Numbered from the stretch's first letter, positions 28,290-37,455 are shown. The stretch is 64,000 nucleotides of DNA from Candidatus Adlerbacteria bacterium (GCA_037135035.1 JBAXLB010000002.1:71680-135679); one strand, 5' to 3'. Numbers and translations are program-made. The notes: generated by a model from the sequence alone, not told the origin.

Positions 28290-28745
28290 GTGAAATACCT
28301 CGGGATTGATTATGGCACCAAGCGTATTGGCGTTGCAGTTTCAGACGAAACGGCGACTCTGGCCTTTCCTTTGGGTACGGTAAAGGCGGGGGAGAACGCG
28401 ATAAAAGAGGTGTTGGATATTGCACACGAGAACGGTGTGGAGAAAATTATCCTTGGCGAGTCGCGCGACTACAGCGGGATACCTAACCCGGTGATGAAGT
28501 ATGTGGAGTTGTTTAAACAAAAGCTTGAGGATGCAGAATTGCTTGTGGAATTTGAACCAGAGTTTATGAGCAGTGTCGCAGCAGCACGGCAGTTTGCGCC
28601 GGACGCCTCGCCCGTAGGAACGGGGCTACGGCCGAGGGGCTCGCGCAAAGCAAACCCGAGCCAGGAAAATTTAGACTCGTCCGCTGCGGCGCTTATTTTG
28701 CAAAATTATTTGGATAGAATGAAGCAACGACCTGATGTAGAGTAA
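28290..28745 (+). CDS. ruvX: Holliday junction resolvase-like nuclease RuvX/YqgF
   Basis: (V/M)KYLGIDYGTKRIGVAVSD... signature; GTG start at 28290; upstream part of listed ORF overlaps tRNA-Ser. Confidence 0.75.
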   Translation: MKYLGIDYGTKRIGVAVSDETATLAFPLGTVKAGENAIKEVLDIAHENGVEKIILGESRDYSGIPNPVMKYVELFKQKLEDAELLVEFEPEFMSSVAAARQFAPDASPVGTGLRPRGSRKANPSQENLDSSAAALILQNYLDRMKQRPDVE

Positions 28746-28845
28746 GAATGTAGCTGCAACCCAATGAGAAAAAGTCTGGCCTGCCGGGGGCAGGAGATCC
28801 GAGGACTTTTGCGAATGGGTTGCAGCGAAGATACTATTCAATCCT

Positions 28846-29232
28846 ATGGAACCAATTTCAATTGATGATTTTAAAAAAGTAGAAATCCGCGTCGGCGAGA
28901 TTTTGAGCGCAGAACCTATAGAAGGCAGCGAAAAGCTTTTGAAGTTGAAAGTTAGCTTTGGCCTAAAACCTTTTGTTGCGACAGAAGGTTCGGCCGAGCG
29001 CCCAGAGGGCGATGTAGGCGAGCAAGAAATTAGGCAAGTGCTTTCGGGTATCGCTGCATATTTCCCCGACCCTTCTGTGTTGGTGGGGAAGCGTGTGCCG
29101 TTTGTCACAAACTTGGCACCCCGCATGATGATGGGCCTCGAGAGCCAGGCCATGATACTCGCAACAGGCGGGGGAGATATACCGCTGTCACTTTTTGAAA
29201 CAGACGCACTGCCGGGCAGTTTGGTTAAGTAA
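28846..29232 (+). CDS. tRNA-binding protein (CsaA/Trbp111-like, MetRS C-terminal-domain homolog)
   Basis: DFKKVEIRVGEILSAEPIEGSEKLLKLKV OB-fold signature. Confidence 0.7.
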   Translation: MEPISIDDFKKVEIRVGEILSAEPIEGSEKLLKLKVSFGLKPFVATEGSAERPEGDVGEQEIRQVLSGIAAYFPDPSVLVGKRVPFVTNLAPRMMMGLESQAMILATGGGDIPLSLFETDALPGSLVK

Positions 29233-29830
29233 TTTTCTTTCTGGACTTCCACCACTCGTGCACCACCGGCAAGAGAGAAATAAAGACAACCGCCACCACG
29301 ATAGGGAGTATGTAGTTTTCGATATTTGGAACTGCTTTGCCTAAAAAGTAGCCAAGTAAGGTAAACACCGTGCCCCAGAGGAAACCTCCAATAGCGTTGT
29401 AGGCAAGGAACTTTCGGTAGTGCATACGGCCCACACCAGCAACGATAGGCACAAAGGTGCGTACTACTGGCATAAAGCGGGCAAGCACGAGGGCGCGCGT
29501 TCCGTACCGTTCGTAAAATTCTTGCGAGCGCGTGATGTGTTTTTGGTTAAACAAAAACGAATCTTTTTTAGTGAACAGCCGTGGGCCTATAAACCTCCCA
29601 AACGAATAGCCGACACTGTCGCCCAAAATGGCTGCAACGGGAATGATAAGAAGTAGTGCGGGCAGGGAAAGCACGCCCTGTGACGCAAGCAACCCTGCGG
29701 TTAGCAGTAGCGAGTCGCCGGGGAGGAAAAACCCAATAAGTACACCCGACTCGGCAAGTACAATACAAAAAATACCCACGTACCCCAGCGTGGTAATTAT
29801 CTGCAGAGGGTCAAGATGGAATAATGTCAT
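29225..29830 (-). CDS. DedA/SNARE-associated family membrane protein
   Basis: VGIFCIVLAESGVLIGFFLPGDSLLLTAG signature. Confidence 0.75.
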   Translation of the reverse strand: MTLFHLDPLQIITTLGYVGIFCIVLAESGVLIGFFLPGDSLLLTAGLLASQGVLSLPALLLIIPVAAILGDSVGYSFGRFIGPRLFTKKDSFLFNQKHITRSQEFYERYGTRALVLARFMPVVRTFVPIVAGVGRMHYRKFLAYNAIGGFLWGTVFTLLGYFLGKAVPNIENYILPIVVAVVFISLLPVVHEWWKSRKKIT

Positions 29831-30344
29831 GGTGTTGTTTCTTTTGTTGATGACGGTACTCGTGCCAGGTTAGGACAATAAAGAAGATGTCGAACGCAGT
29901 GACACAGAGCAAAATGAGGGACTGTGTGTGGGCGAGCCGGTAGAGTTGGTACACTAAAAAGAGGCATGTTATAGCAATAGTAACAGGGTATGCCCACAGA
30001 CGGTTTTTGTATAAGTTGTAGGCAAGGAACATGTTAAGTAGGCCGTGGAAAAGAAGATAGAGACCAACAAAGTTTTTAGTACTTACCGACAACTGGTTAA
30101 GATGCTCGCTTGCGAAGCGGAAGATATGTTCGTGTCGGCCGCCCAGAAATTCTTCCTGACTTAAGAAGATGAATCGATCCCTGAGCATAGGATGTGTCGA
30201 AAAGAGCAAAAATATTCCTGCGCCTGTCTCCCATACGCTGTTGAGCGCTTTCAAAAAAACGCCTGCTTCAAACAGCTGATGCCAAAACTTTTGAGTAAAT
30301 ATATGGTGTACCACAAGTACTGGATAGTATATGCTACATCTCAC
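29811..30344 (-). CDS. Hypothetical membrane protein (DUF2127-like)
   Basis: 4 TM helices, no catalytic motif. Confidence 0.4.
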   Translation of the reverse strand: MRCSIYYPVLVVHHIFTQKFWHQLFEAGVFLKALNSVWETGAGIFLLFSTHPMLRDRFIFLSQEEFLGGRHEHIFRFASEHLNQLSVSTKNFVGLYLLFHGLLNMFLAYNLYKNRLWAYPVTIAITCLFLVYQLYRLAHTQSLILLCVTAFDIFFIVLTWHEYRHQQKKQHHDIIPS

Positions 30345-30345
30345 A

Positions 30346-30417
30346 GCCCCTGTAGTTAAACGGATATAACCGCGGACTTCTAAGCCGCTATTCGAGGTTC
30401 GATTCCTCGCGGGGGCA
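30346..30417 (+). tRNA. tRNA-Arg (anticodon TCT)
   Basis: Acceptor GCCCCTG/CGGGGGC, anticodon loop CTTCTAA, T-arm GGTTCGATTCC. Confidence 0.75.
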
Positions 30418-30441
30418 TGACAAACAAAAGAAAAACCTCAC

Positions 30442-30858
30442 TCATCTGAGGAGGTCTATATTTACTACAAATTCAACGAGTTCGATAGGTAGTCCGTCGG
30501 GATCCTTGACGAAGGTGGATCGTTGCCCCAATGAAGAATTGAAACGCAAGGGTTCCGTGGGTACCCCGTGTTGTTTCAAAAAATCTATAGTTTCGTCGAG
30601 ATCGTCTACCTCGAACGCAAGGTGTCGCAGGCCGCATGCTTCGGGGTTCGTCGGCCTTTGAGGTGGCTTTGGGAAGGAAAAAAGTTCAATAAGGTACTGT
30701 CCTTCTAGTGCCAAATCGAGTTTGTATGATCTTCTCTCTGCTCTGAATTCTTCCCGGATAACTTTGAATCCCAGCACCTCGGTATAAAAGTGCTTCGACG
30801 TCGCATAGTCCGAACAGATAATCGCTATATGGTCGAGTTTCTTTAACAACACATCCAC
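30442..30858 (-). CDS. VOC (glyoxalase/bleomycin-resistance) family protein
   Basis: LDHIAIICSDYATSKHFYTEVLGFKV... betaalphabetabetabeta module x2. Confidence 0.7.
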   Translation of the reverse strand: MDVLLKKLDHIAIICSDYATSKHFYTEVLGFKVIREEFRAERRSYKLDLALEGQYLIELFSFPKPPQRPTNPEACGLRHLAFEVDDLDETIDFLKQHGVPTEPLRFNSSLGQRSTFVKDPDGLPIELVEFVVNIDLLR

Positions 30859-30963
30859 CTCCTTCTGGTTCTTCCACTACTAATAACTCGTACAAAAGAA
30901 AAAAAGTTTTAACCCTGCAGAAAAAAGAAAAACTCCGGGTATGAGCCGGAGTTGGAATGGGGA

Positions 30964-31362
30964 CTATCGCGGCTCAAGCCGGTGTGTTTGGAACTCGATT
31001 TTCTCGAGCTCCTCGTAGTGGGAAAATTTGAGCAGATCACGCTCGCCTTTGTCTTTCCCAACTACCACGGCCCGCCCGCTGGAATCGCGCTCGAACTGAG
31101 CGCGGATAAATGCGACGCCGAGGTCGTGTCGGCGGTCCACGAGCTTCATCAACACGGAGAAGGGCGCTTGCGCCTCAAGAGCAACGACTTTGTTGCCCTC
31201 CGACTCGGTGCGCTCGATGAGCGACCGAACCGCGGCTATAGGATCATCCCCGTAAGGGATGTCTTTGGTAACGATGTTTGTGTCGTTACCGTAGATGGCT
31301 TTCAAGAAAGCCATCCGGTCGGCATCCGCGGGGTGCCGAGTAATGCGAAGAACAGTTTGCAT
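30964..31362 (-). CDS. Hypothetical protein (132 aa)
   Basis: Clean ORF; overlapping +strand ORF rejected because it spans strong hairpins. Confidence 0.4.
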   Translation of the reverse strand: MQTVLRITRHPADADRMAFLKAIYGNDTNIVTKDIPYGDDPIAAVRSLIERTESEGNKVVALEAQAPFSVLMKLVDRRHDLGVAFIRAQFERDSSGRAVVVGKDKGERDLLKFSHYEELEKIEFQTHRLEPR

Positions 31363-31523
31363 GATTTCTCTCTCGTGTGGTTTGAATTTTTCGAGCAGTA
31401 TACTCGAAGGATTCAGCGTGTCACTGCACGGTCGAGGGATGTATTACTTCTCCCTTTCAAAATCTCGAGTTGCCTCAAGAACTTGAAAGGGAGGGATGGT
31501 TCGCACCGCGAACCATCCCAGGA

Positions 31524-31733
31524 TCAGTTTAGATTAGTATGAGCGATCCACTCATACTTCTTTACCATCAGGCCCACAATGGCGAGTCCTGTGACGAGGC
31601 TGCTAAACCAGCCTCCCCGTGCTTCATGGGTGATCATCCCCCACGGGCTGTCATCTTGGGATCTTGCGACCCCTCTTTCCAGCACGATGGTGGCGAGTGC
31701 ACGTAATTTTTTGGCAACCTCGCACATAACCAT
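31524..31733 (-). CDS. Hypothetical small membrane protein (69 aa)
   Basis: C-terminal TM; GC hairpin pair immediately downstream. Confidence 0.3.
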   Translation of the reverse strand: MVMCEVAKKLRALATIVLERGVARSQDDSPWGMITHEARGGWFSSLVTGLAIVGLMVKKYEWIAHTNLN

Positions 31734-31957
31734 ACCTGCCGGAGAAGAGGAGTAACATTCTATTCTTTTGTCAACGACTGCTCCCTCGGCTATCTTTACC
31801 AGTATTCCTCAGGAACTCGTAGTAAGGATGCTTAGAGTGTACACGATTTAAACAATTTGTCAATAGATTTGTTATCAAATAAACGTAACTTGTTTCTATA
31901 ATACTCCTTTATCTCTAATGTTTATTCATATATAAGCATTAAATTGTTACAAAAAGC

Positions 31958-31985
31958 TTGACAGATTTTATGATACTGCTATCAT
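31958..31985 (+). promoter_or_regulatory. Sigma70-type promoter (TTGACA-16/17-TATCAT) giving near-leaderless trmB-like mRNA
   Basis: ttgacagattttatgatactgctatcat within 250-nt AT-rich spacer; ATG 6 nt downstream. Confidence 0.5.
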
Positions 31986-31991
31986 GCTCAT

Positions 31992-32747
31992 ATGACATAT
32001 GAACAAAGCCTTATACAAGTTGGGCTTACGAAAGATCAAGCGGTTGTGTACGGAGCGCTAGTTAAATTCGGTACTCTACAGGCCCGCTACGTACAGAGGC
32101 ATTCGGGTCTTTCTCGCCCGCTGACCTATCGCGCCTTAAATGGACTTATTGCCGCTGGCTTGGTTGAGAAAAAGGACGAAGTGGGGAAGGTCTCGGTTTT
32201 TACTCCCGCGCACCCACTTAAGTTGAAAGAGTTTATACACAAGAAAAAAGAGGAGGCCGAAGATGCGGAGCGTGCGCTCGACGGCATACTTCCAAAACTC
32301 AGTTCGGATTTTAACCTCATATCTGGCAAACCCGGCGTGCGTTTTTTTGAGGGAGAGGACGGTGTGCGCGAGATATACGACGACATTCTTGCAACCGGTA
32401 AAAATTTTCACCTCATACGTTCAATTGGAGTAAAGGAATTTAAAGAAAAGATGTTCTCTATCGTCAAAGATTTTATTACCTGGCGACTGCGCAAGAATAT
32501 CTCTGTTACGGCACTCACTCCTGGTGACGTGGAGCCTGATGCCGAGCAAGACAAGGCATGGAAGTTTTCTCGGACGATTGTTCCGGTTAGCGCATATGGT
32601 TCGCCTGTTGAGGTAAATATTTATGGAGACAAAGTCGCTTTCGTTTCGTACAAACATGAAATGGTTGGTTTCGTAATCGAAAGCCCCCAAATTGCTCAGG
32701 CAATGCGAGAAATATTTGTATTAGCGCAAAAAGGAGCGCATATTTAG
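31992..32747 (+). CDS. TrmB-family transcriptional regulator
   Basis: N-terminal wHTH (LTKDQAVVYGALVKFGTLQARYVQRHSGLSRPLTYRALNGL) plus C-terminal effector domain. Confidence 0.7.
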   Translation: MTYEQSLIQVGLTKDQAVVYGALVKFGTLQARYVQRHSGLSRPLTYRALNGLIAAGLVEKKDEVGKVSVFTPAHPLKLKEFIHKKKEEAEDAERALDGILPKLSSDFNLISGKPGVRFFEGEDGVREIYDDILATGKNFHLIRSIGVKEFKEKMFSIVKDFITWRLRKNISVTALTPGDVEPDAEQDKAWKFSRTIVPVSAYGSPVEVNIYGDKVAFVSYKHEMVGFVIESPQIAQAMREIFVLAQKGAHI

Positions 32748-32763
32748 AATATATACTAGGACA

Positions 32764-33837
32764 GTGTATAGAAAATATCTTTTTATTGCGGGGCTTTTGT
32801 TAGTGTTGTCGGCTGGCGGGGCTGCCGTGTCGGGCGACTTTTTTACGCATTATGAGCGCGTTGTTAAGCAAACCGCAGCCGCAGAGGCGGGCGTACTTGT
32901 TTCGCCACTTGAACTTACCGTTGCGCCGCCCGAATATTTTTCGCTTGTTATCGAACCCGCGGCAGGTGTGGCGCCGGTGCTCGCCCTTATACAAAACGCA
33001 CACAAGTCTGTCGACCTGGTGATGTACCAGCTCGACGACCAGAGCGTTGTTGATGCATTGGCCGGGGCAGTGGCGCGCGGCGTGTCGGTGCGGGTGCTCT
33101 TAAACGGCGGGTACTACACCAAAAAAGAAAAAGGTAATGACGCGGCCTACGCCGCACTGCAAAAAATGCACGTGCCTGTGAAATGGACGCCAACCTATTT
33201 TGCGCTGACGCACCAAAAAACTATTATCGTCGACGGCACCGAGGCTTTTATCATGACCTTTAACTTGGTGCAAAAATATTACGCCACCGGGCGCGACTTT
33301 GGTGTACACGACACCGACCCGGCCGACGTGCGCAGGGTAGCAGAGGCATTTAGTTCCGACTGGGAGGGGAACAGTGCCACGGCGGGGGAAGGCGACGACC
33401 TTGTCTGGAGCCCCGGCTCGGAAGACGAACTGCTCTACCTTATCAACTCTGCCGCCTCGTCTTTAAAGATTTATAACGAAGAAATGGCCGACGCCGACAT
33501 TACCGCGGCACTGGTTGCAGCTGCCTCGCGCGGGGTGCACGTACAGGTTGTGATGACCTACGCCACTAACTGGAAAAAAGCATTTATTGAATTGCAGGCT
33601 GCGGGAGTTGGTGTGCGCACATTTCCATCGACCAAAGGCAAATTGTACATACACGCAAAAATGGTCATGGTTGACGACAAAACTGCATTTGTCGGTTCAG
33701 AAAACTTTTCTGACAGCTCGATGAACAAAAATAGGGAATTGGGGTTAGTGCTGTCGGCGCCGGCTGTTGTTGCATCTTTACGTACTACATTTGCCGGCGA
33801 CTGGGCGGCTGCGCGACCATTTACAATGACAAAGTAG
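32764..33837 (+). CDS. Secreted phospholipase D-superfamily protein (two HKD motifs)
   Basis: Signal/anchor MYRKYLFIAGLLLVLSAGGAA, HKD motifs HQKTIIVDG and HAKMVMVDD...GSENFS. Confidence 0.75.
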   Translation: MYRKYLFIAGLLLVLSAGGAAVSGDFFTHYERVVKQTAAAEAGVLVSPLELTVAPPEYFSLVIEPAAGVAPVLALIQNAHKSVDLVMYQLDDQSVVDALAGAVARGVSVRVLLNGGYYTKKEKGNDAAYAALQKMHVPVKWTPTYFALTHQKTIIVDGTEAFIMTFNLVQKYYATGRDFGVHDTDPADVRRVAEAFSSDWEGNSATAGEGDDLVWSPGSEDELLYLINSAASSLKIYNEEMADADITAALVAAASRGVHVQVVMTYATNWKKAFIELQAAGVGVRTFPSTKGKLYIHAKMVMVDDKTAFVGSENFSDSSMNKNRELGLVLSAPAVVASLRTTFAGDWAAARPFTMTK

Positions 33838-33886
33838 AGGCGTTGTTTTGAGAGCCGGAATGCGGTATCGTGGGGGCGTAGCGTTC

Positions 33887-33961
33887 GGGCGATTAGCTCA
33901 GTTGGTAGAGCAACTTGTTTACACCAAGAAGGTCACAGGTTCGAGTCCTGTATCGCCCACC
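33887..33961 (+). tRNA. tRNA-Val (anticodon TAC)
   Basis: Acceptor GGGCGAT/ATCGCCC, D-arm AGCTCAGTTGGTAGAGC, anticodon loop TTTACAC, T-arm GGTTCGAGTCC. Confidence 0.8.
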
Positions 33962-33988
33962 TTATAGTGTTCAAAACGTGTTTGTGTC

Positions 33989-35323
33989 ATGACACATCGT
34001 AATTTACTTGCAGCAAAAGGCTGGGGCGGGGCAGAAGGCGATGGGAAAGAATCCCATCGTTCTGTCTCTGTACCTACGGGCGGCCACTGGCTGTGGAAGT
34101 TGCTCGCTTTTTCTGGCCCCGGCTACCTTGTGGCAGTGGGCTACATGGACCCAGGGAACTGGGCAACCGACCTGGTTGGAGGTTCGGCATTTGCATACAA
34201 ACTGCTGTCGGTTATTTTGCTTTCCAACTTAGCAGCGGTGCTCTTTCAGCACTTGTGTGCAAAGCTCGGTATTGCAACCGGGCGCGACTTGGCACAGTTG
34301 TGCCGCGACCATTTTCCTAAACCCGCCGTTATTTTTTTGTGGGTGATGGCGCAGGTGATGATCGTTGCGTGCGACTTGGCTGAAGTTATTGGTTCGGCTA
34401 TAGCATTGTTACTTTTGTTCCACATCCCACTTATGTGGGGAGTACTAATAACCGGTGCTGATGTGTTGTTGTTGCTCATGTTACAGAGGTTTGGTTTCCG
34501 TTGGCTCGAGGCAGTTGTCATAGTACTTATTGCGACTATTGGCGTGTGTTTTGCCATAGACGTTGCGTGGGCCCACCCGGCGTTTGCACAATTGTTTGCG
34601 GGTTTTATACCTTCACCAGACATTATATTTAACAAAGAGATGTTGTACGTGGCTATTGGTATCATTGGTGCAACCGTGATGCCACACAACTTGTACCTGC
34701 ACTCATCGCTCGTGCAGACGCGCAACTACCAAGAAACAGAAGAAGGAAAAAAGGAGGCGGTATTTTACACATCGCTCGACTCAACTATTGCGCTGTCGCT
34801 CGCATTTTTTGTAAATGCTGCAATTTTAATTGTTGCCGCGGCTGCGTTTAATGCCCACGGCCTCACAGAAGTTTCTGACCTACAAAGTGCCTACCAGCTG
34901 CTTGCCCCAGTGCTTGGGGGCACGCTTGCGGCTGTCTTGTTTGCACTGGCCCTACTTGCGTCGGGACAAAATTCGACAATCACCGGGACGCTCGCAGGAC
35001 AGATAATAATGGAAGGGTTCCTCGACCTGCGTCTGCCCGCGTGGCTTACGCGCATGCTGACCCGCGGCTTAGCACTTATACCGGCGCTCCTTGTTGTTGT
35101 GTGGTTTGGAGGCAACTCTCTTACGCAACTGCTTATCTTAAGCCAGGTCGTGTTAAGTGTGCAGTTGCCGTTTGCACTCTTTCCCCTTATTTACTTCACC
35201 TCACAAAAACGCATTATGGGTACGTTTGTAAACCCGCTGTGGGTGACACTACTTGCAAGCGTAGTTGCGGGTATTATTACAGTACTTAACTGTTGGCTCG
35301 TGTGGGCAGTTATAACCAGCTAA
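33989..35323 (+). CDS. mntH: NRAMP-family divalent metal (Mn2+/Fe2+) transporter MntH
   Basis: GPGYLVAVGYMDPGNWATDL signature, 11 TM. Confidence 0.85.
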   Translation: MTHRNLLAAKGWGGAEGDGKESHRSVSVPTGGHWLWKLLAFSGPGYLVAVGYMDPGNWATDLVGGSAFAYKLLSVILLSNLAAVLFQHLCAKLGIATGRDLAQLCRDHFPKPAVIFLWVMAQVMIVACDLAEVIGSAIALLLLFHIPLMWGVLITGADVLLLLMLQRFGFRWLEAVVIVLIATIGVCFAIDVAWAHPAFAQLFAGFIPSPDIIFNKEMLYVAIGIIGATVMPHNLYLHSSLVQTRNYQETEEGKKEAVFYTSLDSTIALSLAFFVNAAILIVAAAAFNAHGLTEVSDLQSAYQLLAPVLGGTLAAVLFALALLASGQNSTITGTLAGQIIMEGFLDLRLPAWLTRMLTRGLALIPALLVVVWFGGNSLTQLLILSQVVLSVQLPFALFPLIYFTSQKRIMGTFVNPLWVTLLASVVAGIITVLNCWLVWAVITS

Positions 35324-35324
35324 C

Positions 35325-36020
35325 ATGACTATTAAAGAACCCTACATATTGTACGAAGATGCGGACATTATTGCCCTAGACAAACCGTCGGGGATTATTG
35401 TCTACCCGGACGGCAAGCACGACTACCCGGCGCTCGATGCGTGGCTTGAAAAAAAGTACGGCGTCGGCAATTTTCATTTTGTGCACCGGCTCGACCGCGA
35501 AACATCCGGTGTGTTGCTTGTTGCGCGCACGCAGGAGGCACATGCATTTTTGAAAGAGCAGTTTGCAGAACGAGAAGTGCGCAAGGTGTATCGCGCGTTT
35601 GTGCACGGAGTGATACAAGACGAACGGGGAGTGATAGACAAACCCATAGGTAATGCCCGCGGCGGCATGGGACCGCGCTCCACCAAACAAGCGCACGGCC
35701 AGATGCGCGAAGCACTCACAACATTTCGCGTCATAGCACGGACCACACTTGCCACCGAGGGCGACCGGGCCAGCTATGTTGAAGTCTTCCCCAAGACTGG
35801 CCGCACGCACCAAATTCGCGTCCACTTTTCGTCAATTCAGCACCCGGTATTGTCCGACCGCCTCTATGCGCCGGGCCGCCCGAAACTCTTTGGGTTCGAA
35901 AGGCTCGCGTTGCACGCTCTTTCTATAACTATTACGCATCCCTCGGGTAAAGAGATGACATTTACCGCGCCTCTGCCTCCAGAATTTGTAACGGCGGAGG
36001 CTCAATTGCGCAGCCAGTAG
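35325..36020 (+). CDS. RluA-family pseudouridine synthase
   Basis: HRLDRETSGVLLVAR catalytic Asp motif. Confidence 0.8.
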   Translation: MTIKEPYILYEDADIIALDKPSGIIVYPDGKHDYPALDAWLEKKYGVGNFHFVHRLDRETSGVLLVARTQEAHAFLKEQFAEREVRKVYRAFVHGVIQDERGVIDKPIGNARGGMGPRSTKQAHGQMREALTTFRVIARTTLATEGDRASYVEVFPKTGRTHQIRVHFSSIQHPVLSDRLYAPGRPKLFGFERLALHALSITITHPSGKEMTFTAPLPPEFVTAEAQLRSQ

Positions 36021-36022
36021 CA

Positions 36023-36526
36023 ATGTGGTACAGTCCTCTCATCATGCAAACCGCAGTTAAAACAAGCCCTGTTAATAAAGAAGCGCGCGCGGCGCTTGGT
36101 ATCCGCTCGGGCGACACCGTCCGCGTGTGGCAGAACATTGTCGAGCTTAAAAAAGGCAAGGCTGCTAACAAAAAAGAAATAACTACTAAAAACCTCCGCC
36201 GCCAGGCGTTTGAAGGTTTGGTGCTTGCGGTTAAACACGGTGCCGAGTCGGGTGCTATGTTTACGGTCCGCAAAGTATCTTCAGGTGTTGGAGTGGAAAA
36301 AATCTTCCCACTTTACTCGCCGATGATCGACGAAGTCGAAGTGCTCCGCCGTGCACGTACCCGCCGCGCAAAACTGTACTTTATTCGCCGCAAAGCAGCG
36401 TCTGAAGTTAAGCGTGCAATGCGTAAGTCTATCCGCATCGACGCCCCGGTTAAGGCGTCAGTCGACGAAGTTGCTCCCGAAGAACCTATTGTCGAGACTC
36501 CTGCAGACGAAACAGCTGCAGAGTAA
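36023..36526 (+). CDS. rplS: 50S ribosomal protein L19 with C-terminal extension
   Basis: GDTVRVWQNIVE...FTVRK...GVEKIFPLYSP...RRAKLYFIR. Confidence 0.85.
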   Translation: MWYSPLIMQTAVKTSPVNKEARAALGIRSGDTVRVWQNIVELKKGKAANKKEITTKNLRRQAFEGLVLAVKHGAESGAMFTVRKVSSGVGVEKIFPLYSPMIDEVEVLRRARTRRAKLYFIRRKAASEVKRAMRKSIRIDAPVKASVDEVAPEEPIVETPADETAAE

Positions 36527-36545
36527 TATAAACAAAAAAAGAAAA

Positions 36546-36580
36546 CCCGCCCCGGAAATTCCAGGGCGGTTTTTTAATTG
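36546..36580 (+). terminator. Intrinsic terminator
   Basis: cccgccccggaaattccagggcggtttttt. Confidence 0.65.
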
Positions 36581-36628
36581 TAAACAATTAGTAGACGCTA
36601 TATACTTGAGGACTAGTATACTGGAGGG

Positions 36629-37288
36629 ATGGGGAAGCGGGGCCCAAAACCAAAAAAAATAGTTTCTGAAGTCTGGACTCCAGAGTTAGCCTACGCCGTT
36701 GGTCTGTTAGCTACAGATGGAGGCCTCTCTCCGCCGGGCCATCTGATCGACCTCACTTCAAAGGATGTGCAGCAGCTCGAAAATTATCGTAATTGTTTAA
36801 ATATTTCTACCCCGATAACTAAAAAACTTTCGGGAATAGGAAAGGAATTTCTTCGAGTTCAGTTCAAAAATGTCTATTTTTATAACTTTCTTCTTTCTGT
36901 TGGTCTTACGCCAGCAAAGTCAAAGACTCTTGGTCCACTGAAAATTCCAAACAAATTCTTTTTTGATTTTTTGAGAGGGGTCTTTGACGGTGATGGTTGT
37001 ACATATTCTTATTTTGACCCACGTTGGCATTCGAGTTTTATGATCTATTCCTGTGTTGCGTCTTCAAGTTCTGCTTTTGTTGCATGGTTGCAGGAAACTC
37101 TTGCAAAGAAACTTGCCATCAAAGGTCATATTACGGTTACACAAAAGAAACATTACCAACTTCGGTATGCAAAGACAGAGTCAATAAAGTTACTAAAGAA
37201 AATGTATAGTCAGCCTGGATGTATTTGTCTTAGACGTAAACGGTTGAAAATAGAGAAGATGCTTAGTATAGTGGGCGAACACCTGTAA
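36629..37288 (+). CDS. Free-standing LAGLIDADG-family homing endonuclease
   Basis: Two LAGLIDADG motifs (LAYAVGLLATDGGL; LRGVFDGDGC); markedly lower GC than flanks; stop 1 nt before tRNA-Leu. Confidence 0.8.
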   Translation: MGKRGPKPKKIVSEVWTPELAYAVGLLATDGGLSPPGHLIDLTSKDVQQLENYRNCLNISTPITKKLSGIGKEFLRVQFKNVYFYNFLLSVGLTPAKSKTLGPLKIPNKFFFDFLRGVFDGDGCTYSYFDPRWHSSFMIYSCVASSSSAFVAWLQETLAKKLAIKGHITVTQKKHYQLRYAKTESIKLLKKMYSQPGCICLRRKRLKIEKMLSIVGEHL

Positions 37289-37289
37289 T

Positions 37290-37371
37290 GCCCAGGTGGC
37301 GTAATTGGTAAACGCGCTACCTTGAGGTGGTAGTGCCGCAAGGCGTGGAGGTTCAAGTCCTCTCCTGGGCA
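37290..37371 (+). tRNA. tRNA-Leu (anticodon GAG)
   Basis: Acceptor GCCCAGG/CCTGGGC, anticodon stem CTACC/GGTAG loop TTGAGGT, long variable arm, T-arm GGTTCAAGTCC. Confidence 0.85.
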
Positions 37372-37455
37372 CAACATAATGCGGATCGCGAGATTTTCTA
37401 GCAAGAAAATACCTGTGACCAAAGTATCTATGGTTAAGAAAATCCCTGAAAGGGG
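37372..37455 (+). repeat. Structured tRNA-trailer repeat element, copy B
   Basis: attttct-agca-agaaaat hairpin (37393..37410) + ctgtgacca (37413..37421), followed by aagaaaatccc-tgaaa-gggattttctt hairpin. Confidence 0.55.

Noticed and set aside
30952-31542. 196-aa plus-strand ORF
   Set aside because: Its 3' third runs through two strong GC hairpins that serve as terminators for the minus-strand small genes; opposite-strand ORF 30964..31362 preferred
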